Assembly: GCA_029269845.2 (NCBI GenBank)
Contig: CP149973.1
Span: 2,220,001 to 2,252,000, forward strand
Length of the DNA: 32,000 bases
Direction of reading: 5' to 3'
Source of the DNA: Opitutia bacterium KCR 482
GTDB lineage: Bacteria; Verrucomicrobiota; Verrucomicrobiia; Opitutales; Intestinicryptomonadaceae
Below, one piece after another: positions 16,263-25,252 of this stretch (within the stretch, counting starts at the first letter, position 1; every line of letters begins with the position of its first letter). Position numbers and translations under genes: made by a program. The notes beneath the pieces were generated by a model. It was not told the DNA's origin. It saw only the letters and a program-made list of their open reading frames with translations, and ran no database searches.

Positions 16263-16445
16263 TCGGGGATTTTGATTGTTTGATACGTCCGAGGGGCGGC
16301 TGGCGCAAGCTTTTTCGCCGCGTTCCGCGCCCCCCGCGCCGCGGAATTTTACTGGGCTTGACACGGGGCGTATAATGCGTGCGACTTTTGAAGTCGTGCG
16401 CGGCGGCGTTCGGCGGATATTCGGCGGGCGCGTTTTCGGGCGCGT

Positions 16446-16862
16446 CTATTTGCGGTCGGCAAATTCCGTGGCGGCGGCGACGGGAAAGTTCTTTTCAAGT
16501 TCGCGTTTGAGTTTTTCGAGCATGGGTTCGTCGGAAAGCCCGATGAGCCTTTCGACATGGCTTCTGATTTCCCCCGCAAGCGGAGATTCCGCGCAGTTCG
16601 AGAAAACGGGTTCGCCCATTTCCCCCGAAACATGCGGCGTATTGCCAGAAAGGAATGCGGCGTCCACGGAGAGGAAGTCGGCAATTTTTTTCAGCGTTCC
16701 AGTGTTCCTCGGCATTCTGCCCCTGCGCCATGTGCTCGCCGTGCTCACAGCGCAGCCCGCCACTTCCGCAATGTCCTCCAAGCGCACGTTGCGGTTGCTC
16801 ATGAGCGTTCTGAATCTTTCCGCAAATACGGGATTCCCGTAAATCTTAACTTCTTTTTTCAT
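16446..16862 (-). CDS. XRE-family HTH transcriptional regulator with uncharacterised C-terminal domain
   Basis: 138 aa. FAERFRTLMSNRNVRLEDIAEVAGCAVSTASTWRRGRMP is a Cro/CI-type HTH. Confidence 0.8.
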   Translation of the reverse strand: MKKEVKIYGNPVFAERFRTLMSNRNVRLEDIAEVAGCAVSTASTWRRGRMPRNTGTLKKIADFLSVDAAFLSGNTPHVSGEMGEPVFSNCAESPLAGEIRSHVERLIGLSDEPMLEKLKRELEKNFPVAAATEFADRK

Positions 16863-17026
16863 GCAAAGTAGAATTTTTCTATTTTAGATATTGACATTGT
16901 TGAATAATATTTAATAATTATTTTAAATATAAATTTAACTTAAACACCATAAACCTCAACCAAAATAATCGCAAATTACGAAAATGATTACAATTATAAA
17001 ATCCTACGAAGGGGAGGAAACGACCC
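16863..17026. promoter_or_regulatory. AT-rich divergent control region between the XRE gene and ORF 17027
   Basis: 164 bp that is very AT-rich in a GC-rich genome. TTGACA (16891-16896), 17 nt, ATAATT (16914-16919) on +. Several short AT palindromes (AATAAT..ATTATT, TAAATTTA). GGGGAGGA Shine-Dalgarno before the GTG at 17027. Confidence 0.5.
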
Positions 17027-17401
17027 GTGAAATGTGAAAAATCCGTAGACCCCACGGGGCACTTTGCCTCGCTCGTGCCCGATGGGCAGGAATGGTTCAG
17101 CCCGAAGGAGGCGGGAAGCATTATCGGGCGTTCCGACCAGTTCGTGCGCGACAGTTTCAATACGGGCAAAATCATGGGGCATACCTCCAACGGCATTGCG
17201 CCGAAAGGCGAGGAGAAGAAATCCTATCTGCGCGTCCACCGCGACGCAATAATAATGTATCTGCTCGAATCGGCAAACTACACGCCCGAATCGTTCATGG
17301 AAAGCTTGGAGTCCATTCTCGAACGCCGTTCCGATTACCAGCTTCTGCGTCTCGAAAAGGTCATTCACGACAGGCTCTATTCCAAAAAACGCCGCTATTG
17401 A
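17027..17401 (+). CDS. Hypothetical small DNA-binding protein (excisionase/MerR-like HTH_17 signature)
   Basis: 124 aa, GTG start after GAAGGGGAGGA. WFSPKEAGSIIGRSDQFVRDSFNTGKIMGH resembles Xis/AlpA-type HTH. Lower GC than its neighbours. Followed by a terminator. Confidence 0.6.
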   Translation: MKCEKSVDPTGHFASLVPDGQEWFSPKEAGSIIGRSDQFVRDSFNTGKIMGHTSNGIAPKGEEKKSYLRVHRDAIIMYLLESANYTPESFMESLESILERRSDYQLLRLEKVIHDRLYSKKRRY

Positions 17402-17483
17402 CCGCGCTCCTCCGCCCGCCGCGTCCGACGGCGTCGGGGCGCAAAGCGGGCTTTGCGGCGGAGTTTGCCGAACAATCAACCGC

Positions 17484-17507
17484 GCCCGCCTACACGGCGG
17501 GCTTTTG
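17484..17507 (+). terminator. Rho-independent terminator
   Basis: GCCCGCC-TACAC-GGCGGGC followed by TTTTG. Confidence 0.65.
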
Positions 17508-17524
17508 CGTTCGGGGCAATCGCC

Positions 17525-17552
17525 TTGACAATCGGGCGGCGTTTCGTAGACT
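17525..17552 (+). promoter_or_regulatory. Candidate sigma70-type promoter for ribE
   Basis: TTGACA (17525-17530), 16-nt spacer, TAGACT (17547-17552). GAAGGA Shine-Dalgarno before the ATG at 17585. Confidence 0.5.
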
Positions 17553-17584
17553 GGGTTCATAATCTTTAACACGAAGGAATTTTT

Positions 17585-18208
17585 ATGTTTACGGGTATTG
17601 TCGAGGCCACGGGGAAAGTGGTTTCTTTCGAGGAAAAAAAAGCGGCTTGGCTCTTGAAGCTTGAAGTTCCCGACATTATCGCCGACTCGCTCGCCGAGGG
17701 CGACTCCCTTGCGTGCAACGGCTGCTGCCTGACGCTTGTCGGGCGCGAGGGCAACACGGTGTCGTTCGAGCTTCTCGAAGAGACTATCCGCCTGACGAGC
17801 TTCGAGGGGCTGTCGCGCGGTGCTCTCGTGAATTTGGAGCGTCCGCTCGCCGCCGACGCGCGTCTGGGCGGGCACTTCGTAAGCGGGCATGTGGACGTCC
17901 GCAGTACCGTGCTCGACTTCGAACAGCGCGGCAAAAACTATTATCTGCGCGTCGCCGTTCCCGCGGAATTTTCAAAGTACGTCGTGTACAAGGGAAGCAT
18001 CGCAATAGACGGCATTTCTCTCACGATTGCCGAGGCGCATGCCGACTCGCTCGCGGTGTGGCTCATTCCGCACACGCTCGAAGTGACGAACCTCGCCGAC
18101 TGCAAGGCGGGGAAATTCGTCAATCTCGAATTCGACATACTCGCAAAATACGTCGAGAAAATAGCCGCGGGCAGCCGTGAAAATTCCCCGTACCAGCCGC
18201 AGGCGTAG
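17585..18208 (+). CDS. ribE: Riboflavin synthase alpha chain
   Basis: MFTGIVEATGKV..., two lumazine-binding repeats (SLACNGCCLTLV and GSIAIDGISLTI). Confidence 0.95.
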   Translation: MFTGIVEATGKVVSFEEKKAAWLLKLEVPDIIADSLAEGDSLACNGCCLTLVGREGNTVSFELLEETIRLTSFEGLSRGALVNLERPLAADARLGGHFVSGHVDVRSTVLDFEQRGKNYYLRVAVPAEFSKYVVYKGSIAIDGISLTIAEAHADSLAVWLIPHTLEVTNLADCKAGKFVNLEFDILAKYVEKIAAGSRENSPYQPQA

Positions 18209-19175
18209 CTTCCGCAAACCGTCGCCGAAACGCGCCGCTCAGTTTGCGGCGGTCGTTTTGCTGTGGGTGCTGTGGTCGCTGTTTTCGCCCGACTTCGACG
18301 GCGGACAGCCCGCCGACCAGCCCGCGCCGATTCCCCCGTCGGAAGTTCCCGTGCGGACTTCGTCGGTTGCGGAGGGCAGGGTGCGCGTGTGCACTTGGAA
18401 TGTCCGCAACTATTCTGTGGCGGGGCGGAAAATCGGCGGGAAGTACGTGCAGTCGCCCAAGCCGGAAGCGGAGAAGACGGCGTTGCGCAAGTCGCTTGCG
18501 GCGATAAACGCCGACGTTCTGCTGATAGACGAAATGGGCGACGCAGCCTTTCTGCGCGAACTGCGCGACGACCTCGCGAAATTCGAGGGGCTTGTCTACG
18601 AATACACCGCCACAACCCGCTACGACTCGCCGTCGCGCGTGGCGATAATGTCGCGCATAAAGCCCGAAAAATTCGTGGACTGCTGCGACATCAAATTCGA
18701 GTTCAAGGGCGACAACCGCTTTTCGCCGCGCGGCACGCTCGGCGCGTGCTTCGATGTCCGCGGCGTAAAATGGTACGCGTTCGCCGTCCACCTGAAAAGT
18801 CCGCTCGGGGCGAGGAAGTCGGACGAAAAATTCACGCCGTTCCGCTTTGCGGAGCTTAGGGCGATTTCCGCGAGAATCAAAAGCGAAACGGGCGGCTGCA
18901 AAAACGTAATCGTTGCGGGAGACTTCAATCAGGAGCCGAGCGACGCGCTTTTGCGGAACATTCGCGGCATGGTTCTCGTTCCGCAGTCGGACGAAGACGG
19001 GCGCGAGTACACTTATTTTTGGTCGAAGAAAAACATATTTTACAGGTACGATTTCTTCCTGTTTTCGAAGCCCATGCTCCCGTTCCTTTCGGGCGCCGCC
19101 GCCGTTTGGAAGCGCGGCGGAGACGCAAGCGACCACCGCCCCGTGTACGTCGATTTGGACTTCTCCAAAAACTAA
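18177..19175 (+). CDS. Endonuclease/exonuclease/phosphatase (EEP) family protein with N-terminal membrane anchor
   Basis: 332 aa, GTG start overlapping the ribE end by 32 nt. VCTWNVRNY, LLIDEMGD, GDFNQEP and SDHRPVYVDL are the EEP catalytic motifs. Confidence 0.8.
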   Translation: MKIPRTSRRRSFRKPSPKRAAQFAAVVLLWVLWSLFSPDFDGGQPADQPAPIPPSEVPVRTSSVAEGRVRVCTWNVRNYSVAGRKIGGKYVQSPKPEAEKTALRKSLAAINADVLLIDEMGDAAFLRELRDDLAKFEGLVYEYTATTRYDSPSRVAIMSRIKPEKFVDCCDIKFEFKGDNRFSPRGTLGACFDVRGVKWYAFAVHLKSPLGARKSDEKFTPFRFAELRAISARIKSETGGCKNVIVAGDFNQEPSDALLRNIRGMVLVPQSDEDGREYTYFWSKKNIFYRYDFFLFSKPMLPFLSGAAAVWKRGGDASDHRPVYVDLDFSKN

Positions 19176-19894
19176 CGCATGCGTCTTTTGAAGTACGCCA
19201 GTTGAAGCCTGAAAACCGTCGATACCACGCCGAGCGTAAGAAGTATCGTCGAGATATAGACCGCCTGCACGAGGATTTGCGCGTAGATGTACGGCTCTAT
19301 TTCGAACGGCGCGCATCTCGACGGAATCAGGTAGTTTGCGGCGGCGACAAGCACTATCGCCGCGGGCCAGAAGAACTTCCAGAGGGTAAGCACGCAGAAG
19401 TCCCAAACGCCCGTGTGCCGTTTGTCCTGCGACGCATTCACGAGAGATGCCGCAATTTTCTGGGGCGCAAGCAGGTTTGCGAGCGGAATGAAAAACAGCC
19501 AGTTCGCCGATTCGGAAAATTCGTACGACGGCGACATTCTCCGCGCGTATTTCGAGACGAAGCCGAGCCACTTGAAGCCCGCGAATGCCGCCGCGCAAAG
19601 AAGCGCGAAAATCGCCAGAGCCGAGAGCGATTCAAGCTTTCCGATTTCCGAGGATTGTATTGTGGTTTCGAGCCTTTCGGCGGGGGTTTTCGCCGCGACG
19701 TACACTTTGTGCATTCCGAGCGTTTGGCACAGAAAAAACGTTTTCAGCCCGACGCAGACCGCAAGGGAGGCGAGCAAAGCCCTGAGGGGGTAGGTATATT
19801 TTTTCAGCTCGAAAATGCGGTCCCTGTTTTCCGAGCTTTGCGACAGCGACGAGTCGGCGTAGCGCAGCCAGATTTTCTGTTCGGGCGACCACAC
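19172..19894 (-). CDS. Membrane protein (DUF4328-like)
   Basis: 240 aa with about 5 TM segments. ANWLFFIPLANLLAPQKI resembles the DUF4328 core. Its stop overlaps the EEP gene stop (CTAA at 19172-19175). Confidence 0.65.
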   Translation of the reverse strand: MWSPEQKIWLRYADSSLSQSSENRDRIFELKKYTYPLRALLASLAVCVGLKTFFLCQTLGMHKVYVAAKTPAERLETTIQSSEIGKLESLSALAIFALLCAAAFAGFKWLGFVSKYARRMSPSYEFSESANWLFFIPLANLLAPQKIAASLVNASQDKRHTGVWDFCVLTLWKFFWPAAIVLVAAANYLIPSRCAPFEIEPYIYAQILVQAVYISTILLTLGVVSTVFRLQLAYFKRRMR

Positions 19895-19995
19895 TTTCGT
19901 GTTTGCGTCTATTGCGCGTTCGGCGAAAAGCCTGCGAACCGCGCCGCCCGAAACGGGGCCGCATTTCGTTCCGTCTTTTTTCGTAGTACCACATG

Positions 19996-21351
19996 TTATT
20001 TACCTATGCAAAATTTTGAAAATATCCTGTCGAGAATCTGCTCGTTGTCTGTCTTCCCGACGATTTCGCCGAGGGCGTCGAGCGACTCGCGCAGGTCGGA
20101 CGCCACAAGCTCCGACGGCTCGTTGTTTTCGATTTTCGCGCGCGCCGATTTTATGGAGTCGAGCGTTCTTTCGAGAGCCGCCGCGTGCCGCGCCCCCACG
20201 AGGACGTCGTCCGCCGACGCCGTTATGCAGTGCTCTTCAATCAGCCCAACCACCGCGTTGCGCAGGCTTTCAAGACCCTCGTTTTGTCGGCAGGAAATCC
20301 GAACGGTTTTGAAGCCCGCAAAGCTTTTTTCGAAAAGTTCGGGCTTCGATTCGGGGAGGTCGCACTTGTTTATCACAACGACCGTGTTTTGGGGCGCGAA
20401 AACCGACTCCGTTCCGTGCGGAAGCTCCGGGATTCCCGCGGCGGCGTCGAGCACAAGCAGCCCGATGTCGCAGCGTTTGAGCCTGTCCACCGCCATCGCC
20501 ACGCCTTTCGCCTCTATTTCGCAGTCCGTCTCGCGCAGTCCCGCGGTGTCGACGAGGTTTACGGCGTATCTGCCGACGATGAGCTTTTCGGAAATGAAGT
20601 CGCGCGTGGTGCCCGCCGTGGCGCTTACGATTGCGCGTTCGTCGCCCACGAGCGCGTTTAGCAGCGACGACTTCCCCGCGTTCGGCGCGCCCGCAATCAC
20701 GGCGTTTATGCCGTCGTGCACAAGCGGCGCGTACTTGGCGGTTGCAAGGAGTTTTTCGACGTCGTCGGCGAGCGCGTCGGCGGAGTCGGCAAGCTTCTGT
20801 TTGTCCTCTTCGGGAAGGTCGTCTTCGGGAAAGTCTATGTACGCTTCGACCAGCGCGGACATGTCGAGAAGCCCGTCGGAAATGCGGGCGACGCGCCTGC
20901 CAAGCTCGCCCGAGAGCTGTTTTTGCGCCGCCTGCAACGCGCGTTCGCCGCGCGCGCCGATTACGAGAGCCACCGCCTCCGCCTGCGAGAGGTCGAGCTT
21001 GTCGTTCATGAACGCCCGCCGCGTAAATTCGCCCGCCTGCGCGGGTCTTGCGCCGCGGGCAAAGAGGTCGTCGAGAATTTTCCGCGCGATGAACGGGTTG
21101 CCGTGGCACGAGATTTCGAGCATGTCCTCGCCCGTATAGGACGCCGGTTTTTCGAAAAGCGTAAATACCGCTTCGTCGAGCGTTTCGCCCGCGACGTTTT
21201 TGTAGACGCCGAAATTCGCAACCCGCGGTTCGACCGTCCGCCTGCGGAAAGCCTCCCGCGCAATTCTTGCGCAGTCCGCGCCGCTGAGCCTTACCAGCGC
21301 GATTGCCGACTCCCCGCTGGGAGTGGAAAGTGCCGCTATCGTTTCTTCCAT
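19996..21351 (-). CDS. mnmE: tRNA modification GTPase MnmE
   Basis: Start at MEETIAALSTPSGESAIALVRLSG (21351). G motifs GAPNAGKSSLLNAL, DTAG, NKCD. C-terminal FCIGK. Confidence 0.95.
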   Translation of the reverse strand: MEETIAALSTPSGESAIALVRLSGADCARIAREAFRRRTVEPRVANFGVYKNVAGETLDEAVFTLFEKPASYTGEDMLEISCHGNPFIARKILDDLFARGARPAQAGEFTRRAFMNDKLDLSQAEAVALVIGARGERALQAAQKQLSGELGRRVARISDGLLDMSALVEAYIDFPEDDLPEEDKQKLADSADALADDVEKLLATAKYAPLVHDGINAVIAGAPNAGKSSLLNALVGDERAIVSATAGTTRDFISEKLIVGRYAVNLVDTAGLRETDCEIEAKGVAMAVDRLKRCDIGLLVLDAAAGIPELPHGTESVFAPQNTVVVINKCDLPESKPELFEKSFAGFKTVRISCRQNEGLESLRNAVVGLIEEHCITASADDVLVGARHAAALERTLDSIKSARAKIENNEPSELVASDLRESLDALGEIVGKTDNEQILDRIFSKFCIGK

Positions 21352-21608
21352 TGTTTTCCGAAAAGTTTTTTTGTTGCCATTGCCGCCGCCGCGCACGCGC
21401 AAAACGCCGCGCCCCCGACTGACAGCGCGTCGATTCGCGCCTTGAATTTTGTCGAACCCGTGTTCGCCGAAAAGTCTATTTTCTGCGTCCTCTGCCATTC
21501 GGTCATGTCGGATTCGAAAGCCGAGTACGCCGCGAAGTACGCGCAGACGCCGACCACCGCCGACACCGCAATCACCGCGAATTTGAATCTGCGCGTATAC
21601 TTTTTCAT
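21336..21608 (-). CDS. Small two-TM membrane protein (90 aa), hypothetical
   Basis: It fills the gap between DUF192 and mnmE. ATGA overlap with the DUF192 stop and a 16-nt overlap with the mnmE start. It has a basic N-terminus, a TM helix (FAVIAVSAVVGVCAYFAAY), a second Ala/Cys-rich hydrophobic stretch and a basic C-terminus. Confidence 0.5.
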   Translation of the reverse strand: MKKYTRRFKFAVIAVSAVVGVCAYFAAYSAFESDMTEWQRTQKIDFSANTGSTKFKARIDALSVGGAAFCACAAAAMATKKLFGKQWKKR

Positions 21609-22081
21609 TTCCGCGCCTTCAACGCCGCTTCGAGTTTGCGCATGTCGAGCCTGTCCGTAGCCGCGACGCCGTTTTTGCCGAACCAGCCCTGATTCATCTC
21701 TATGCAGTAGAGAATGTCGGCCCGCGACGACCCCACCGAATCGAGGTTGTGCGGGTAGAGCTTTTTGACCTCCGTGAGCACTCCGTTTTTGTCGAAAAAT
21801 CCGATGTCGAGCGGGATTTTCGTGTTCTTCATCCAGAACGACGCCCTTGACGGCGTTTCGTAGACGAATACCATGCCGTCGTTTTCGCCGAGCGAGTCTC
21901 TGAACATCAGCCCGCGCATTTTCTCTGCGTCGGAGACCGCCAGCTGCGCCCTGAACGCGACGCCGCCTACCGACATGTCGAAAAACGCGTCGGCGTCGGC
22001 GGGTTTCGGCTTGTCGGCTGGGCATGCGCACAAAAGCAACGCGCACGCATACGCGCATACGAACTTTACAATATTCGGCAT
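21605..22081 (-). CDS. DUF192 (COG1430) family protein, probable lipoprotein
   Basis: GMVFVYETPSRASFWMKNTKIPLDIGFFDKNGVL is the DUF192 core. N-terminal MPNIVKFVCAYACALLLCAC is lipobox-like. Confidence 0.8.
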   Translation of the reverse strand: MPNIVKFVCAYACALLLCACPADKPKPADADAFFDMSVGGVAFRAQLAVSDAEKMRGLMFRDSLGENDGMVFVYETPSRASFWMKNTKIPLDIGFFDKNGVLTEVKKLYPHNLDSVGSSRADILYCIEMNQGWFGKNGVAATDRLDMRKLEAALKARK

Positions 22082-22126
22082 GTCTTTTAATCTGTACAAT
22101 TAAAACTCCCGCGCAATAATAAAAAA

Positions 22127-23245
22127 ATGAAAAGAGAAATTGTTTTGAGGGGCTCGTGCCAAACCGACGCCGACATGCTTTACTTTACGGGCGTTCCCGT
22201 CCCCGACCCCTTCTACGCGTTCACGCTGCGCGGGCGCAAATGCGCGTTAATCGGCGCGCTCGAATTGGGTCGGCTGTCGAAGGGCGGGCGGCTCGACGAA
22301 ATTTTCGACCTCAGCTCACTTTCCCGCAAATATTTTCCGAACGGACGCGCCGACGAAACCGCCGTGCTTGCGAAAATCCTCAAAAACTCCCGCGTCCGCG
22401 GGCTGCTTGTGCCGCAGAATTTCCCCGCATTGCAGCTCGAAAGGCTCAGGGCGGCGGGCTTCGACGTCGCCGTTGCAGACTTCCCGATTCTCCCCGAACG
22501 CGACGTGAAATCGGCCCGCGAGCTTGCCGAAATCGAAAAGGCGAACGCCGTAGCCGCAAAGGGCTTTGCGCGGATAGCGCAGATTCTGCGCGAGTCGGAA
22601 GTGTCCGACGGAAAGCTCGTCTGGCGGAATCGGACGGTTTCGAGCCAGCTTCTGCGCTTCGAGGTCGAAAGCGCGGCGTTGGCGGAGGGCGCGGACGCAA
22701 TGTACACGATTGTCGCGGGCGGAAATCAGGCGTGCGACCCGCACGAAGTCGGGCACGGCGCGATTCTCCCGAATTCCCTGATTGTTGCCGACATCTTCCC
22801 GCGCCTGAGGTCGTCGGGCTATTTCGGCGACATGACCCGCACGTTCTTGAAGGGAACTCCCAGCGACGCGCAGGCGCGGCTTGTCGAAACCGTCGCCGCC
22901 GCCCAGAGGCTTGCGCTTTCGAAAATCCGCGACGGCGCGGAAGGCTCTGAAATCCACGCCGATGTTGACGACTTCTTCGCCGAAAACGGCTATTATACCG
23001 AGTTCCGCAAGGGCGCGTGGGGCGGATTTTTCCATTCCACGGGGCACGGCGTTGGACTTGACATTCACGAAAAAATTTCGATAAGCCCGCGCAAGTGCAA
23101 ACTGCGTTCCGGCAACGTCGTCACCGTCGAACCGGGGTTGTACTACCGCGGAATAGGGGGGTGTAGGATAGAGGACACCGTGGTTGTGCGCAAAACCCGC
23201 GCGCGCAAACTCTCGAACTACCCCTACGATTGGGTCATAAAATAG
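22127..23245 (+). CDS. M24-family Xaa-Pro aminopeptidase/dipeptidase
   Basis: 372 aa. Metal ligand contexts VADIFPRLRSSGYFGDMTRTF, HSTGHGVGLDIHE, VTVEPGLY and CRIEDTVVV. Confidence 0.9.
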   Translation: MKREIVLRGSCQTDADMLYFTGVPVPDPFYAFTLRGRKCALIGALELGRLSKGGRLDEIFDLSSLSRKYFPNGRADETAVLAKILKNSRVRGLLVPQNFPALQLERLRAAGFDVAVADFPILPERDVKSARELAEIEKANAVAAKGFARIAQILRESEVSDGKLVWRNRTVSSQLLRFEVESAALAEGADAMYTIVAGGNQACDPHEVGHGAILPNSLIVADIFPRLRSSGYFGDMTRTFLKGTPSDAQARLVETVAAAQRLALSKIRDGAEGSEIHADVDDFFAENGYYTEFRKGAWGGFFHSTGHGVGLDIHEKISISPRKCKLRSGNVVTVEPGLYYRGIGGCRIEDTVVVRKTRARKLSNYPYDWVIK

Positions 23246-23282
23246 TTGCCAAGCGCGGGGCGTTTTGCGAAACTTTGCGGAT

Positions 23283-24668
23283 ATGTTCAGGTGGCTCGTA
23301 ATTCTTGTCTGCGCGTTCGCTTCGGCGGGCATGGTCCGCGCGGAAATCGGCGAAAAGGCGTTCCGCGAACGCGCAAAATGCGCGGTCGCGGTAAAATACA
23401 GCATAGAGCTTGAAGAGGACAGACGGCAGGTTGCTACAATGGGCATGGTTGCCGACTCCGGCGGCACGGTTATAGTGCCCGCAAGCGAGATTCCGCTTTC
23501 GCTCCGCCACGACGAACTCAAAGACTTTAAAATCCACTTCTTCGGCGGCGACCCCGACGGCTACTCCGCCGAATACCTCGGCGCGGACTCTCTTTCGGGC
23601 ACGCACTTCCTCAAACTGAAAAAGGGGCTTCCCGACGGACTCGTTCCGTATACGTCGTTTGCGCGGGCGGGCGTTTCGCGCGGGCAGACGGTGTGGGGCG
23701 CGGGAATTTCGCGCGAGGAGTTTTTGTTCGAGCCGTACCTGCTGAAATCGTATGTGTCCGACATCGGGCGGCGTCCCGTAATGAAGGCGGCGTCCCCCGT
23801 TCCCGTAGCGGCGGTGGGCACGGCGGTATTCGACGAAAGCGGAAAATTCGTCGGCTGGGGAGACTCTCCCGCAAGCGAGCTTCGCCTGCTCTACGCCGAA
23901 AAAATCAACGGGCTTCCGATAACGCTCGCCGCGCCGGTCTCGACCGACTCTTTCATTCTGCCCGACGAGCTTGACAAAATTCTCGCCCGCCGCCCCTCGC
24001 GCCCCGAAGGCGACAAATTCGGCTGGCTCGGTCTTGTCAACACAAAGGTTTTGAAGCGCGACGTCGCAAAAATGATGGGCGTGGGGAACGCCAGCGCGTT
24101 TCTAATCAGCGACATCGCCAAAGGCTCGCCCGCGGAAACTGCGGGGCTGAAAAAGGGCGACATCGTGGTGGCGGTGGACGGGAAGTCGGTGGAAGTCTGC
24201 TTCGAGCAATTCGCGCTCTACAATTTCAGGCTGCTGTTTGCCGAGCATAAAAAGGGCGACAAAATTTCGCTTTCGGTAATCCGCGCGTCCGACGCCCCGC
24301 GCAAAGTAGAAGTTGTCGTGGGCGAGAACCCGAAAACCCACAGGGAGTCGAAGACGAAGTATTTTAAAAGGATAGGTTTTTCCGTCCGCGAATACCTTTT
24401 CGACGACGCCGTAGCCCGCAAAACCCTCGAAATAAAGACCGACGCCCCGCCCGTCATAAAATACGTAAAGCCGAACAGCCCCGCGGCGTCCGCGCTGCCC
24501 GCCCGCCTGTTTGCGGGCGACATTGTGCGCGAAATAAATTCAAAGCCCGTGTCCTCCTACGCCGAGGCCGTCGCGGAGCTTGCAAAGCTCGACGCGTCCG
24601 CAAAGGAAATCGTGATTTTGGCGGAGGACATGAAAGAGACAAAACTCGTGAGAATCAAGCTCGACTGA
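23283..24668 (+). CDS. HtrA/DegP-like periplasmic protein with two PDZ domains, catalytic triad not conserved
   Basis: Signal peptide MFRWLVILVCAFASAGMVRA. The trypsin-fold region aligns by eye to HtrA, but TNxHV is replaced by VPASEI, D(L)AVLK by GTHFLKL, and GNSGGP by VGTAVF. PDZ1 is FLISDIAKGSPAETAGLKKGDIVVAVDGKSV. PDZ2 is IKYVKPNSPAASA...GDIVREINSKPV. Confidence 0.8.
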   Translation: MFRWLVILVCAFASAGMVRAEIGEKAFRERAKCAVAVKYSIELEEDRRQVATMGMVADSGGTVIVPASEIPLSLRHDELKDFKIHFFGGDPDGYSAEYLGADSLSGTHFLKLKKGLPDGLVPYTSFARAGVSRGQTVWGAGISREEFLFEPYLLKSYVSDIGRRPVMKAASPVPVAAVGTAVFDESGKFVGWGDSPASELRLLYAEKINGLPITLAAPVSTDSFILPDELDKILARRPSRPEGDKFGWLGLVNTKVLKRDVAKMMGVGNASAFLISDIAKGSPAETAGLKKGDIVVAVDGKSVEVCFEQFALYNFRLLFAEHKKGDKISLSVIRASDAPRKVEVVVGENPKTHRESKTKYFKRIGFSVREYLFDDAVARKTLEIKTDAPPVIKYVKPNSPAASALPARLFAGDIVREINSKPVSSYAEAVAELAKLDASAKEIVILAEDMKETKLVRIKLD

Positions 24669-25252
24669 TGAAACTTTCCGCAACATTCATGCTTATTTTC
24701 TACGCCGTTCCGCTTTTCGCCGAAGCGGGATTCGCCGATGCCGACGCCCCGCTTACGGAGTCTCTGCGCGAACGCGCGGCGACCGCCGAACGCCTCGAAA
24801 ACTGGCGCGAAGAGCGGGCGAGGCTGCTTTCGCTTGAAAAGTCTTACGCGGCTCTCGCAAAGTCTAAACGCGCGGAAATCGCGGCGGTTGCGGCGGCGAA
24901 CGAATCGGCGCGGAAAAGCCTCGCCGAAGCCTCCGCAAAAAACGACTCCGACGCCCGCGACTTGCAACGCCTTTCGTCTTTTGCCGACGCCCAATACGCC
25001 GCCATGCTTTCAGACCCCCGCGCGGCGGAAATTCTGCGCGGCGCGTTCCCCGAAACCCTCGACGGCAAGACGGCCGTCGAAAAGCTGCGCGTCTTGGCGG
25101 ACGCAATCGACAGGCTCTTCGCGGCGGACAAGACCGTCGAAAAGGGCGCGGACGGGAAAGTCCGCACGGGGATTTTTTTGAGGGCTTCCGGCACGGAATC
25201 GCGCGGCGGCATTGCCGAGCTGAAAACGGAGGGCGCAAAACATGGGAAATAG
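24668..25252 (+). CDS. Periplasmic coiled-coil protein (DUF3450/TtpB-like)
   Basis: 194 aa with a signal peptide and Ala/Glu/Arg-rich coiled coil. It sits immediately upstream of a long MotA/ExbB paralog, as in TonB2-type clusters. The start overlaps the previous stop (TGATG). Confidence 0.6.
   Translation: MKLSATFMLIFYAVPLFAEAGFADADAPLTESLRERAATAERLENWREERARLLSLEKSYAALAKSKRAEIAAVAAANESARKSLAEASAKNDSDARDLQRLSSFADAQYAAMLSDPRAAEILRGAFPETLDGKTAVEKLRVLADAIDRLFAADKTVEKGADGKVRTGIFLRASGTESRGGIAELKTEGAKHGK

Noticed and set aside
16357-16375. Perfect TTGACA and TATAAT hexamers on the plus strand, pointing antisense into the XRE gene
   Set aside because: The hexamers are only 7 nt apart, incompatible with the 16-18-nt spacing sigma70 needs. 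There is no extended -10 TG.
17402-17584. Possible FMN (RFN) riboswitch upstream of ribE
   Set aside because: The region is only 183 nt. It is already explained by a terminator plus promoter, and I could not find the conserved RFN core segments.
19019-21139. 706-aa ORF on the plus strand, the longest in the window
   Set aside because: It is fully antisense to mnmE and the DUF4328-like gene. Its composition is Arg/Ala/Ser/Pro-rich low complexity with no motifs, the typical shadow ORF of a GC-rich genome. The same applies to 28010..29233(-), 9632..10900(-), 9004..9876(-), 18120..19598(-), 22316..23521(-), 16994..17890(-), 5634..6365(-), 7081..7827(+) and 12405..13265(+).
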